From: a virus
DNA length: 64,000 bases
Virus record (IMG/VR): IMGVR_UViG_3300021960_006131
Coordinates: 26,504 to 90,503 of that record
Direction: 5' to 3' (one strand)
Positions 44,601 through 50,035 of this stretch are shown one piece after another. A program made the position numbers and the translations under genes. Every line of letters starts with the position of its first letter. The first letter of the stretch is position 1. The notes beneath the pieces are model-generated. The model did not search any database and had not been told where the DNA came from. It saw nothing but the letters and a program-made list of their open reading frames with translations.

Positions 44601-44727
44601 CTATAAACCCCTGTATGTTTTCTATGTTTGATTTTGAGAACAACTGCTCGACTGTGCTTTCAAAGAAATTCTTATTAACACTAGTCTGGTGTTGTATAGG
44701 TAATAAATCAAAATATTTGTTAGTCAT
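23602..44727 (-). CDS. Giant 7041-aa virion structural protein (baseplate-associated, multi-domain)
   Basis: Uninterrupted 21-kb ORF coupled by TAATG to the gp6-like gene; contains IxxxGxGY repeats, FCCH-like repeats, CBM5/12-like motifs, a P-domain-like segment and a Gly/Pro linker. Confidence 0.85.
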   Translation of the reverse strand: MTNKYFDLLPIQHQTSVNKNFFESTVEQLFSKSNIENIQGFIGTPRDITSNTVFIEQPAPNREYYSFDPVVTTVNSNTGKPTNFSFYEDFLYDLRSKGGLIENHDRLFKTTQYSYAPPINYDKLVNYQDYYWYPTGPEVTDITGSANVTINIDNIVGLTSYTSPTGQALRNDMVVKFTGQYITGTNYSVDKAYIVSGVGVAIQLKEPSDSTSAYAEYTDFAFEQSNASTYTQSVLLQYYADSNLPDDFTVTTGGDFKESWRNIADGTLSGADPSSPWASSSMWLGNLQLRVGDAVTNNVRYLGNNVQRTGNVVYARVDDGGTYYLPDGVVWSTNFAIDDFHKTYNNPQIEFNIDEVKGWDATPWNSETTQDKADYYVIERGAKNQNPWSRLNYWWHVNELREPLKDNVTGFALPDTAKRATRPIIEFNRDIELYNWGNSFISKVDIIADKKKEELEGLGIGFPINSASGTANASIIFPQDETSISQNVYRIVDNGGLISFTQDSELSNLVVTNGHVYSVTGTNIGLDYYWTGTSWKQAQQKIKINQEPLFNLYDSEGVKVNDPAKYPFSNFTGCPIFTYNTDKTSAKTVTYDSELGANVVYQTSKFNSEPTFFNHLGNHTVTYKANLLANISTIPGYLFFKDLQQDYVGNDNTRFRNNWHPINLPTHYRDFSNTATYYANEVVKHNNQYFVANANISAGNFDISNFKFYEDVHSTYSKQYVEDVIIIDKINYQDRFFTTSATPYNDDILVKLNDTPLVKNKDFAIRNSSTGIVLNPTLKSVTLRETGTGYEQNDVLTLSIAGSNSNVQITVTDAEAYDGNISNGGGQIKSISVSNYGLYSELVGHPGNISSIITTASSNGHGTGATFDFDFTETVLPKDTDVLNIKTYTKGPRKTGIDAYGFFEIPSALKYNPKNTEITETRLSDLIGHSNKILESQVGFTGKVTGNNNYKDTSRSLNVNNINIGQVDSDLLHTMYLSKNQNRNVLNALRFGNDEYNKFKRKFLTNLELYLKNNDYLEQTNLDILDTVLKTIKSTKITKDAFDLTYMLPIGSNFTAETITVSNVSLQEYTFTNTANVELDNTMHIIQHNNTVLCADKDYNIDSSLPFDITLDNSISLAIGDTLTLKIYEDSESASIPASLPKLGMYRAFQPQYYTDTSYQTNKDVILCHDGSYVPRQNDKIDEIVLAFEQIIYSNIYKEYRTCEYIDLNEYTIKPSFFSETDFSLVEFNTLIQSNFNKWLKQSNVDYRTNTVYDSSNEFTWNYANGPDLPGYWRGVYDSYYDTQTPNTTPWEMFGFCKKPSWWDTEYPTAITSSYTAFWNNVRDGYIPAGSRKGYWKRWARPTIYSYLPVDASGNLISPKDIMYTGVTTTTAGVDGQWSFGDISPAEYAWRKSSYYPFAILEALYLARPGEFTREFYDNRNIKKLVVQPEQCVDKATGKRKLRQDFEPHGFINSDNNITLKPGYTTLIDQYLKFYSLSTNTEIANPIKTLDTRLGHKFAGFVNNKTLKVYSESISVDGFSASQVLPKEDVTVNLHSSPYNSRNFYSGVKITKTTDGYSVSGYDTVNNYFEIIPSNFAGPKEGVQEGGTPADFSVFDITLTYLKNEIIKFGNTFYIAKDDIEAGAFDSNKWTKITALPTIGGASGTVYQSGTGVTEKLYYETNFSTVEKVFDFLISLGRKQKEIGFDFGEYDNTINSMNDWVLAGRRFLFWSTEVHPVGDSIKLSPLSEQVKFNSTSGKISKISKQINDQYSIVDENGNAIIPEDCSIVREDNTIIINPIENRIYGILLNTELVEHAFVINNKTVFNDIINDNVLGVRQERLEVKTQRSRNWDGRYQAEGLVIVGDAVLPNFDTLIDSIRLYHDKDATLLDPIKSELAKGLIGYETTEDFADIKIDDKVGYEYYKGIINSKGTANSLTSLIRSNVVNTNKNIELFEEWAIKRGEFGDVYNHQSMDIKLDENKFIRDNQQIEIVYPENVTGAVSNIFVFERNTTYYSVPSIEIDPPAKGNAATATAKLFANAQLESVTITSGGDGYASKPNVAVITGNIVISQFSDVLAYGLAGSNASVDMPLTGANALTNISITDHTTSTTRDIYLGNERNIENVVFTINKDLQSANIANVTAFSDIDTPAEIHSATQITKGTTARVTTATNIELNSNVNSLEANINAVALTNPATVTLVGTAQEKYFAPGDSITLINKSQAGYPVAEANLHNKTYFTKPTAVADVYELYTNKALTANVDATGWTAPGSNIQEVGAYHSANSDVANIVFTSAGTLTNDGATLYAELTALNGTYFVRKQTATTFDLYTDPALQIPLNTSTLTSQYTTSNVTLANIQANVTLLGTGGDNRLFIRGYDFTLAESNLPGGNPSTSLTTLNMTAGRYQPTQRFPIRSANNTTSNDIIVSVDGKNVATNYWSYDRGARTIITANASIVNDYSINANNAFQIVLGGNSKFEDQNIVNIDGKYPYTEIYIDNKRVYNTPEYTAFTLANDSTTTTISFSNTALYTDNFSIGSNITVIESGSVQFNDTFTADVPGKMLSIKSVANDTLIANTISKRTYERTKDILTDNKITIDIDDTETMLKRPTNSLQDGLWFRDSKEEYNVPNAGYVNKHTVDWEAIDLPYFANLIGNGKNNIPKENQYLHLGKSENEDWNVFRLKKHGIESSTGNISGAKNYISSVGGRAMLFSDQKLSKWTDGNILGNKAHTDFYDNVIVVKNANLSDTVLEWSNENFVYTPRVVYKGDYKPLKKINRGITKIEPGDTKVITKVEPYRDPNYMARIYAEQSHPVPNIDFFTRASVVKDNLPNAHVDSVLISPNSLSGLGVGDTVRFTGTQATAANLTVGKAYTVTGISERGLGGNPGAVDVDDPAKGFFTINEANVTGSDYASIKSDCYVSYESDLEFNLNMKVKGLSGTSTVLLEVGDSYNSGIASYITNGLSIDLSNNGNSERITNKNDFYKSDLGYAVANWNASSKTFEISSNVTTQTASVTRPAYNEITLVGFGNNDGLGNSILSGANSTIIDKGDFVQFTNTGAYAGNVYPVQSNDGNFIKIYDPATTGNTTNRTAIVYTGSKESRSGNIASLTSNTLTVSGFETSNLGNYGFGNIQYLNSNTSTGVIPGVSGTERPLKISGNTIIIDVADAVGTIQSRFPVHTLRDTTNNTVDLFFRDDGAGEFARVLFDNSEKTPEEHDLIGNVRHSGLFHYNNKPVYMGLGLPTTNNYLTLQTDFTGVPESLRTVDGVELDLEFRYVTDEGFKELLRSTGLKGDPTDPGFVNQAFGMLDKLENFDTAWWLDNFTYKQETPSLDGMFVEMRGVSSDMFDRGQIVDEVSDYATSRLGLIPRYFGNHHALNITGEVERGLTIAGVNQNLVDKVDRNRIKFDFSDSHSMSDIFTFIDKKPNKAIWTDPNGNIIQVHSNQPDKIRARLKTTKLKPDHTNGGDRPLEWWGEDLKNILAKGAKYNFINLYIGFENGLTTYPANNNFDVAVPLVIVNSAKLKYTLAPTTKNELTNLRIAIKDDTGTIPQIVDRKIISVGQSSVTVDNTDNIFTSNDTTDNLNAVVYQVDKNKNKQVLVNDFLSSVERSTNDDGYSAVLLQPRSSSSSLIAGTTLGYISKLPTQIGSAGTFYMGINNSANVQLSSIFGSNLDITFDYLPLNHTGCNTEIMNSTDVNVAIDVHVVEPQHKMFMDTEAVDNNTLRFADTQHGVNSVLTGNIVVSNTQPNYAIIPKSISDNVGTYAINETEKSNLGVIVSSLNGSQLVFNKPNNLLYTGDTIFVNTTGSANGINNTEFRIRSVTENTFTVKLANTNVIPTAELSSMKYLTYADPVIRGSATTSTITSRIVHVPANVHIFETGDDITLNAGSVDTAGVNGQTYIVNSVYSNAFEINQPTRPTALTTNLTASLTGNANLHIVSVPKGYGIPSLTGKIYDPENNYSLGGNTSVTLNPISYLDFDKQLITKGDAPMMYFEKSLGTTFTNDELMLDVYTATRFYSKGHNIGKIDDKQLVVSSTNASSDGFVNIELNNGLRGLAVGSTVTFSKNNTGHVLSGNTFTVVDFVSIIDNIDGAGEQYITIEAPGATATANVFSVSYDNYIPDSSKAIKISNTRNYDGFATPFLADNDSFVVKTIFTGNAITQGNWVSDSIIITGTDSLHNEINAKPDKNSIAIKNSPVRNYNSTYKMAPIGYKQRRLSDNQVEVFGFTNSNVALDLTDKNVSYSITDYNAVDVNDNKTYLPAQDTIEQVKGSLNFVSDFKAGAIDKEKKLQLGFLFGHRDPRSDNRNADDFNQKYVQRPADVTGLDQIYSYEYIGAPGGNALKGGVNKYSPVKLNETISERRAPSKLAGKYIIDVSGLEEQIYYGTQNQKRTQRPHGVHSTRSLDGKITADNPLVKNYENNINNMKLDPTLRTIKNKAEPGFASPKIGAWPYTGMPGDYVNPYDDYFGDFGNSWWNTKYDGVRRQLNGGGGGGGYSGGGGGPGNPPPQDPPPQDPPVQETCGKFRITLYDSNSGEEGTTYEFSDQLFDVVQQYIDSEYANISGYQEQFLQAGGSATNWTTILSYLQGIGDNYTKIPYKQIDVDLCELEDLHIKEIDGNTCTSSGEVMYLGGEAVNLPEGCDPCALADAINSQSPNFNAECVTETPKPPKSCVVKGGGQAWGTTDFRNIGKILKMGNNNGQQLSPITNRSDNYQLLEGRKDGVPAVLFGSRHDDARLVVQISGEALLESVRQQMIEKGLDPNTYNSIVLRSTTNDDRNGELMHWKNTSTSITHSGSGIKGEYNNIDKQPFAIVYAPASGSVFHKDQKLGTVQFMKDHMGRGINKETMSVYVSKLNRSSYDYGAKGKGILYRLPKNGTGQHKYLGDLYNFTIIDDLMLGGWGSRSEEDTRSNAITTVQEQDDRGFKFTKITGYGERVKENGKWQDRTGSWFKSLWQYHAKQQRRVQGCTTADDANVPQLNPIVKIKSAVPFSLGKGCSRSPFSEVGDFQPYREKRMNSSANLTIANALTPEQYNELGGDNSSVFTPKVISGGLPGQEVTIVDIMGAPDTSNPFMTSDYIRIDGYPVNPRSGEGTRDGQIANANVGVVQTGMVEDSTGFNYMIGDRLTIVGGRPKTIDEDAYYLSDIIVTNPGFGYSPTTTRLEVIDAEMGTQLPGVQIKPEFTPNENAVTPVVKNTGRTAISSAVLPYKTYIGYKGCKEANWLNDVNTNTAFVDRSGNSINGITIDQRRLDIGIDSQNTFYEETFTISATTGLEVGTTYKAFIGTREYENVGEFMMFNFNINSTSGNNNRGESNFTSSFDTDEQTALNGAWIVCWNAPNFTSSINGINMQTNFGNLAEGTVGLMKSFHDVESFDSRNRDNFAHFLSDNIKLTNGRVVKFLKLANDRVYFQILSAYDLDTEVGRAIGIPDFSNIFARFYPINNLSTYGSNVLQTQSGKYEISVEHNSSVSSDVTTGSDASFTLNTKDAIHGLKVKAKQLGTNLEPTTQQFDLFVYQDGVDSGYLRLPITTHYTIPASTHAGQFDISGSTLATNMASLNYSTVYRPVVQPVTELQESQAIVYKFDFGNLPDDAKVSDIDIDLNFESFAPGEFDMMWLTTPEGKRVPILQTLGKFGNNGAYDQDGFLDGYDYNSSQVQQTFKFTLSSKSNAEPIKYGGSNLRNNNTVKTHIGSPARHPNNTGRQYDQASGEISNVLASNYQNDTTLSSLYGIQFNNVENTLRKLLRDQDGNIRGILGKGTWFIEWSRSGRTISDNYTPESMGNKKTKIRTPNIKIKYSSASENPEYDTADKDSISGVSIIQKGGFQPEFSTRRYIVVAKGSSGQGFQAQAILSKGKLVGEDNPDLKSQQAIFEVLKINQAGSITKMRILDRGVYEIFPAEFERGVPLKYVEGEVESKEIDGRPYGQGYGARVQLTSRSVINCQQPPGIVDRNSGSSRPATATELLADLINTVGGVDGGLTATTTSINPSVQGLTLTTDADGLELSDIVPGTLDALGIPAGDYGPGAFGFSADIGDGGNGFGLNDSGIRKDNPFDKGDPDSLILYNASVPPEFEGLSSQNFGNVFSYDLNRINGGPLVTEKMQTELDVLYLKSARVHSKYDVQSLMPKVWVDNYDANGWAYLENGKVVYRKDNLVDSSKIKSALVYDNITGQRITDVYLNDPFKNVFMPEVERNLTYISESDPVYYGDDSSNFSKHNVGELWWNTSSMRVRWYEQSDNDYRRKYWASYMDGSKFDVYEWIESTETPIEYSGKGTPLDVEKYLIDQRFNSVTGLYNNVYYYWVKDIQDVPNVANRSASASSISQLIESPKLQNIPTFGAISNNSIVLNNVKGYLTDDQGVFQVNFRRTDSRYTNKHESYLLIGENNISDSIPAELFNKLVDSLVEEDVLGKVVPDPYLNKFERYGISIRPRQSMFTKPANARRELVYFINKEMQKIKLTDDFYSNWNATVATNTYYELIDWVETGYNTNSIKARATVKSIKQMRGLTDISDGTFVRLEGIGDNPDKFYEYESVKNDYKLVKIVKGTMKLKDEVFGTINPGLTTELRQLLFAIKNNIFKNTNLENKLFFSMLNYVLSEQYQTEWCFKTTYFNIRQSAENLNQIASTKIDAFDSVVKSIKNYKPYTSKLRDFEDRKISIDSLKSFATDFDRPPYQPDLSVESRILDDGNSSDALILTQNDDYVNWTNNYSNNSTKIRTITEKMFFDRTASEILPINNNGTVTMASGYGQPQSNTSAERMAQLSNASSNATPINHIERVFKYNTVITDLTDKIADTTTYSSDIIAGFIATRDATLRTLAYADFFGEELDANLFAKAYFDSIGKEVMSTGLGYDLFGFDSAGFDSQQVVNNYTVNTAVQSQLIRDTLTYQGFDSSTFFTGLTGPNIPPEHAVFQPLEGLQLNVQTNGTGGFANVSYKIFVGMNGKTEYIRLNDSNKTTLTANITAESLTIQLADASVITPPYTGSPATAVFIGDERITFEEINGNTLTGVTRGTNGTSAEAHTIGEKVYDATETNNINSGAFAFGNPADPEFTTWNSAGMSLSNAVTPIAQFIQAGPGSYFD
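31270..31357 (-). repeat. Gly/Pro low-complexity linker with a 15-bp tandem repeat
   Basis: (tggtggatcttgtgg) about 2.5 copies encoding PPPQD, next to GGGGGGGYSGGGGG; locally GC-rich. Confidence 0.9.
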
Positions 44728-47700
44728 TAGTATCCACTTCCACTTGAGCCACTGCTACTTGAGCCACTGCTACTGCTACTGCTACTGCTACTGCTACTTG
44801 TTGTGTTTGATTTTGTGATTGCATTTCCTTTAATTTGTTTTAAATTACTTGCAGACAAACTTTTTACAATTTCAATATTGTCTACTGTTGCTGTTGAAAA
44901 GAATAACTCTTCTGATGACGCTCTAACTTGATATAAATCACCAAAAATTGATTCTGATTTCTTAGGCACAATAACAACCGATGCTATTGCTCTGCCTAAC
45001 TCTTGGTGTATGTATGCACTTAACTCTGAAAAATAAAATGTTTCTCCAAAGTCCCAATTTTCTACAGCAAAATAATTGTTAACCAATTCTAGTACAGCAC
45101 TTCGGATCTCTGCATCACTTGTAGCACTTCCAGGAAGTTTAACAACTTTTATTTTTGCTTGTAATTCTTCATCTGCATCATCACCAAATAATAATTTAAA
45201 TTTACCACTACTATAAACTAATTGATCACTTACACTCTTGAATTGATCTAGTCCTGCAAATTCTTGTGACAACTGTTCTGCTGTGGGTGGTTTTGGTAAT
45301 ACTGTTGTTCCGCCATTTCTATAACTTATCATTTCTTGATAATATGTTTTTGTCAACATAAACATTTCTACAACATTGCTTATACTCGGGTCTATTCTAA
45401 CATCACTAGGTGCAATGTGTTGCCATTCAAAAGAACACTTTCTTGGACTTTCTTGTAGTGTGTTTTGTTCAAAACTCCTACCAACTTTAACATTATACTG
45501 ATTATTAGATGTCAGCACAATCATTTTAGGTGTAGTGACGTCGTTGATTAATTCATACACCTTAGGTAATAATGCTCTTGGGAATACTAATTTGTGGTTT
45601 AATTTACCTAAGTTATTTGTTAAACTGGCTTCTGCAACTGATAAATCTTTCACAATAATCAGATCGAAATCTGTGAATGCTGTTTTGTTATCAGGATCAC
45701 TGCCAGGTGCAACTGTGTCTAACACATAGTCTACAATTATATCTGTTTCAGTTGCAAAGTTTAGTATTTTAAATTTAGCAGGCCTTTCGTATGTATACCC
45801 ATCTAAGTCTGTGTATTGCTCAAAAAATACAAAATCTGTACTGCCGACAAATCTATCAAATAAATCTGGATTGTCTGGAAATCCATCATAGTCAGTATCG
45901 ATAGGCTTGACTATCACTTTTGCCGGATCGGCATATCCGTCGCTGTATCTATATGAATCTATAATTTCAAACTCTAATGGTTTGTCTAGTGCTTCGGATA
46001 CATTTTTATAAACAATTTGCAATTTATCTGCATGTTTAAATCCGTTCCACCTACTACTTAAACTGTCAAAGTCAGAAATCTTAATATGTGTGTTAGATAC
46101 TAAATCAATAAACCCTTCGTTGGCATTGTCGCCGATTTCAAATGTTGTGGTGGTTGCATTGCCAGTAAAACTTTTATAACTGCTCGAACCTACATCATAG
46201 TTCACATAAGCAATATTACCATTGGCACCGCCAGTAAGTGATACACCAAATTTTGATAGTGGTATAGTTATATCACTTGGTAATGCTGATAATTTTGCAC
46301 TATTTGATTTTACTACTGCTTTACCAGTTGTAGACGAAACAGGGTCAACTGCTATAGTTGTCGATACTGCCGGAACAAAATCACCTTGACTGTAATCTGC
46401 TGAGGCTGATACTCCTGCCTCACCATTTATTAATAATCCAAAGTTGCTGATAAATCTTACTTCTAGATCTTTTGCTTTTGCATCTCTGTTTCTTAAAATA
46501 ATTTCTGGACTGTTTCCAACATTAGGTGTATATGTGGCATTGGTTGATTCTAACTGCCAACTGTCGCTAATGTCATCTAAATTTGTATCTACCCAATTAT
46601 AAGTTTCAATCAACTCAGGTTTGAAATTTGCAGTTGTAAGTGCTATGGTATCTTTTAATACTCTACCTGTTTTACTGTCAAATGTTTTTTCGTCTCCTGA
46701 AAAATAAAATTTTATATCTTTTAAACTTTCAAACACCAGCCTTGTACCTCTAGATGTTACTGTATAATTTGAAATGCTGGTTGTACTGGTTGTATTATTG
46801 TATTCAAATTTCATTAACCAACTTGCACCACTTGATATTGTTGCTACAAATTCTGCATTTTTTTCTAAATTTGAATTATCAATTATGTACCAATGTGTGC
46901 CATTTGATTCTGAAGGATTAAAATTATATCCTATGCCAAAATCTTCTTTGGCATTAATTCTGTTTTCGAATGCTGTGCCAATATCTTGTTCTAGTAATGC
47001 AGAATTAAGAGTAGGAATAACTTCTACTGCTCTAAATGAATTTTTAATTTCTTTGTTTAATTTTACTACACCTTCAGTAACACTCAATAAATTTGTTGGC
47101 ACACCATTATTTGTAATACTTGTAATAGTTGCTAATTCTTCAATTGTAGGATCATTTGGATCTCTGAATTTTACGTAAGACCCTTGCTGAATAATTCTAT
47201 TTTCGTTAACACTATTATTTAAAACCGTTCTTGCACCGTTTTGTATTCTTGTAAAATACCCTGTGTTATTTTTATTTTTGCTTGGCTGTGTTACCCAAGT
47301 AATATCTTTATTATTTGCTGTTAAGTCAAATGCTAATGCATCTACTTGCTTATGCAACTTTCTGTAATCGTCATACATAAAGTTTTGTAAATTAGTATCT
47401 TTTGTAATATTTGCAATATCTTCTTTTAAAATCTGTGCAGTTGTCTTACTTGACCCAAAACTTAAATACGAGGCTTTCTCCTCTATGTCCTTATATAATG
47501 CACCGTCATCTGCAAATGATGTTACACTACTAAATCTGCCAGTAGGATCTTCAATATCAATGTACCTGCTGTGACCTGCATGTGTTCTATTTGTTGCTTT
47601 TAATTTTAAAATGTTTGTGCTTTGACTTAATGGGAATACATTGTAGTCTTGAGCACTAACCATTCTGTTTTGTGTATAGTAAGTTTGTGGTGCTCTGCTT

Positions 47701-48950
47701 TTAATACTTTGTAATGTTTCAGCGGCAGAACCATTTGCTATGGTAGTCTTCAATGACATAGTCATTGTTAAATTATATTTTTCGCCTTTGTTATTAAAGT
47801 ATGGTAATACTAGTTCCACATTTTGTAAATTCTGTGGCCTTACTGTGAAATTCTCGCCTATGCTTGTTCTGTAATAAATTCTAAATATACCAGAAGGTAT
47901 ATTTCCAAAGTTTCCATCTGGGAACCTAACTCTAATACCGTCATCAAATAAATTATCTATTGCATACAGATTTCTTTCTGATAGGTTTGTAGAATTGTAA
48001 TATAATGTTTGGCCTTCTAAACTATCAACTTTTTTCCAACTAAGTTGTCTAACAGCATTTGTGTCGAGTTGTTGGACAAATACATCTGTTTCGTTGATGT
48101 TTGGTGTAGCAATATCAACAGTTCTATTTGGTAATGCTCTTTCAAAGATGTAGTCTTCAAAAGTCAATGTTCCTTGTTTTACCATCATGAAGAAACCGGT
48201 GTATTCGCTGTCTAGGCCTCGCTTGTCATTTCTATAAGAAACATTTAATTGACTGTAAATATCTGGTTCTGCTTCAGTGAAAAATCCATTCTTGAGTTCT
48301 GTGCTAACTATTTCAAAAGGCACACTTACACCATTGATATTTGATGATATTGGAAATGTGGGTGTTGAACCTATTTGATTATTCAATGAATAAATGTGTG
48401 TTTCTATTCCACCAATTGTTTCTTCTTGTACAGGTTTAGTAAATGGATTGCTTAATGACAATGCACTATTTAAAATTGTAACAAACTGATCAAAACTATT
48501 TGCATTTGTTGGATCATTCCAATCTATCTGTACACCTTGTAAACTTTCTCCTGATGCATCTACTAATGGCTCAGTTGTTGATAAACTGTCTATTTTAATT
48601 AATCCACTTGCTGGAATATTTCTTTTTGGTGCATACCCTAGCATGTCTGCTAAACGCAAAATACTGTCTTTGCTTTCTGCAGTTGCTAAAAAGTTTTCTC
48701 TGGTATTAAGGTCTGCTCTAAACGATAAACTTTGTGAAAGATATGCTAATAATTCTATTATTGCAATAAATTCTGAACTTTCTATGTAGTCGTTAAATGA
48801 CTCTGGATAATTTTCTCTTATGTAGTTCAGCATTGCTGTTCGCATTGTACTGAAATCGTATGCCTTAAAACTTACTTTGGTGAATGCCTGATAAGCAATG
48901 TCCCAGTCTTCTGCGGCGAATAGATTTTGATTTCTTGTACTAATTGCCAT
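44727..48950 (-). CDS. gp6: Baseplate wedge subunit, T4 gp6-like
   Basis: YDF...ENFLATAESKDSILRLADMLGYAPKR, FPDGNFGNIP, AETLQSIKSRAP...QNRMVSAQDY, WDFGETFYFSEL; directly follows the gp25-like gene. Confidence 0.85.
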   Translation of the reverse strand: MAISTRNQNLFAAEDWDIAYQAFTKVSFKAYDFSTMRTAMLNYIRENYPESFNDYIESSEFIAIIELLAYLSQSLSFRADLNTRENFLATAESKDSILRLADMLGYAPKRNIPASGLIKIDSLSTTEPLVDASGESLQGVQIDWNDPTNANSFDQFVTILNSALSLSNPFTKPVQEETIGGIETHIYSLNNQIGSTPTFPISSNINGVSVPFEIVSTELKNGFFTEAEPDIYSQLNVSYRNDKRGLDSEYTGFFMMVKQGTLTFEDYIFERALPNRTVDIATPNINETDVFVQQLDTNAVRQLSWKKVDSLEGQTLYYNSTNLSERNLYAIDNLFDDGIRVRFPDGNFGNIPSGIFRIYYRTSIGENFTVRPQNLQNVELVLPYFNNKGEKYNLTMTMSLKTTIANGSAAETLQSIKSRAPQTYYTQNRMVSAQDYNVFPLSQSTNILKLKATNRTHAGHSRYIDIEDPTGRFSSVTSFADDGALYKDIEEKASYLSFGSSKTTAQILKEDIANITKDTNLQNFMYDDYRKLHKQVDALAFDLTANNKDITWVTQPSKNKNNTGYFTRIQNGARTVLNNSVNENRIIQQGSYVKFRDPNDPTIEELATITSITNNGVPTNLLSVTEGVVKLNKEIKNSFRAVEVIPTLNSALLEQDIGTAFENRINAKEDFGIGYNFNPSESNGTHWYIIDNSNLEKNAEFVATISSGASWLMKFEYNNTTSTTSISNYTVTSRGTRLVFESLKDIKFYFSGDEKTFDSKTGRVLKDTIALTTANFKPELIETYNWVDTNLDDISDSWQLESTNATYTPNVGNSPEIILRNRDAKAKDLEVRFISNFGLLINGEAGVSASADYSQGDFVPAVSTTIAVDPVSSTTGKAVVKSNSAKLSALPSDITIPLSKFGVSLTGGANGNIAYVNYDVGSSSYKSFTGNATTTTFEIGDNANEGFIDLVSNTHIKISDFDSLSSRWNGFKHADKLQIVYKNVSEALDKPLEFEIIDSYRYSDGYADPAKVIVKPIDTDYDGFPDNPDLFDRFVGSTDFVFFEQYTDLDGYTYERPAKFKILNFATETDIIVDYVLDTVAPGSDPDNKTAFTDFDLIIVKDLSVAEASLTNNLGKLNHKLVFPRALLPKVYELINDVTTPKMIVLTSNNQYNVKVGRSFEQNTLQESPRKCSFEWQHIAPSDVRIDPSISNVVEMFMLTKTYYQEMISYRNGGTTVLPKPPTAEQLSQEFAGLDQFKSVSDQLVYSSGKFKLLFGDDADEELQAKIKVVKLPGSATSDAEIRSAVLELVNNYFAVENWDFGETFYFSELSAYIHQELGRAIASVVIVPKKSESIFGDLYQVRASSEELFFSTATVDNIEIVKSLSASNLKQIKGNAITKSNTTSSSSSSSSSSSGSSSSGSSGSGY
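44733..44799 (-). repeat. Poly-Ser/Gly C-terminal tail from an (ACTGCT)n microsatellite
   Basis: Tandem actgct and cttgagccactgcta repeats encode TTSSSSSSSSSSSGSSSSGSSGSGY. Confidence 0.9.
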
Positions 48951-49321
48951 TATGTGTCTCCGTTAAAGTCTCTTTCTAACCTTACTTCCAATACATCTTC
49001 GCTTTGATCTACTTTGTATTGTAAATAAAGTTCTACTTTAAGAAAATGATCTGAATTTTCTACGTTTGTGCTAATTAAATCTACTCTAGGATCATTACCT
49101 ACTATATTAACACATTCATCTTCTATATCTTGTTTGGTTAGGTTGTCAAACGGCTCCATTAGAATATCATGAATGATACTACCAAAATTTGGTCGCATAA
49201 CACGTTCCCCTTTTCTAGTCAAAAAATGATTCAGTAAATCTTGCTTAACTAAATCTAAATCCGTTAGTGTATAGGGTGGTTTTTGCTTGTTATCTGTGCT
49301 AAATCCAATAAATGTTGCCAT
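48950..49321 (-). CDS. gp25: Baseplate wedge protein, gp25/GPW family
   Basis: LLNHFLTRKGERVMRPNFGS...DPRV. Confidence 0.92.
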   Translation of the reverse strand: MATFIGFSTDNKQKPPYTLTDLDLVKQDLLNHFLTRKGERVMRPNFGSIIHDILMEPFDNLTKQDIEDECVNIVGNDPRVDLISTNVENSDHFLKVELYLQYKVDQSEDVLEVRLERDFNGDT

Positions 49322-49326
49322 ACAAG

Positions 49327-49334
49327 TATTTATC
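49327..49334 (-). promoter_or_regulatory. Late promoter GATAAATA
   Basis: GATAAATA-CTTGT-ATG. Confidence 0.75.
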
Positions 49335-49386
49335 AGTATTATTAACGGATACTTTAATGATAGGTGGTTTTGCGACTTTTTATATA

Positions 49387-49953
49387 CTACTGATTGACTT
49401 GCTGACTAGCCATGTTGATCAACGCAATTTTTTGTGCGTCCGTCATGTTATTCAGTGCTTTTTGTATTTTTGATAATTCACCTGGATCAGTAGTGCCGCC
49501 ACCTAATTGATTGGGTTGTGACTGGTTGCTGACACCTGGTTGTTGCGCCATTGCAATGGCTAAGAAAATTTCTTGTTTGGTTTGTGCATCAAAATTAACA
49601 TCATCATTTTGTTTAAATGATTTTTGTACTGATGGCAGTCCAGCAAACATAGGAAAACCTGCCGCTTGTTGGCCTTTAAGTACATTTGATGTTTTTATAA
49701 ATTCTTTAAATTGTCCAGAATTTAAATAATTTGGATCTTGATTTGGATATTTTGCGGCTAGCCATTTAATATAAGCATCTGAAATTTTATTAGCACCTTT
49801 TAGACCCTGTGATCGTACTTTGCCCTGAATGGATTTATTATATGCAGTTTTACTAACTTTACCTGCAATCGCATTTCCTATATTTTTAGCACCCTGGGCC
49901 ATTCTTGCACCAATGCCAAATTCTTTTTCAGTTATTACTTCGTCAATTCTCAT
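49387..49953 (-). CDS. Hypothetical late protein, possible internal head protein
   Basis: N-terminus MRIDEVITE resembles T4 capsid-targeting leaders ending in I-x-E; AGGAG SD and GATAAATA at 49974-49981. Confidence 0.6.
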   Translation of the reverse strand: MRIDEVITEKEFGIGARMAQGAKNIGNAIAGKVSKTAYNKSIQGKVRSQGLKGANKISDAYIKWLAAKYPNQDPNYLNSGQFKEFIKTSNVLKGQQAAGFPMFAGLPSVQKSFKQNDDVNFDAQTKQEIFLAIAMAQQPGVSNQSQPNQLGGGTTDPGELSKIQKALNNMTDAQKIALINMASQQVNQ

Positions 49954-50035
49954 ATTAAATATCTCCTGCCAGTTATTTATCTCTTTTCTTATAACAAAGA
50001 AATAATTACAAGTACAACTATATAAAGAGGATAAT

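Noticed and set aside
49954-50035. Possible cobalamin riboswitch ahead of the mtnN-TBDR unit
   Set aside because: Only 82 bp, very AT-rich, with no B12-box or stems.
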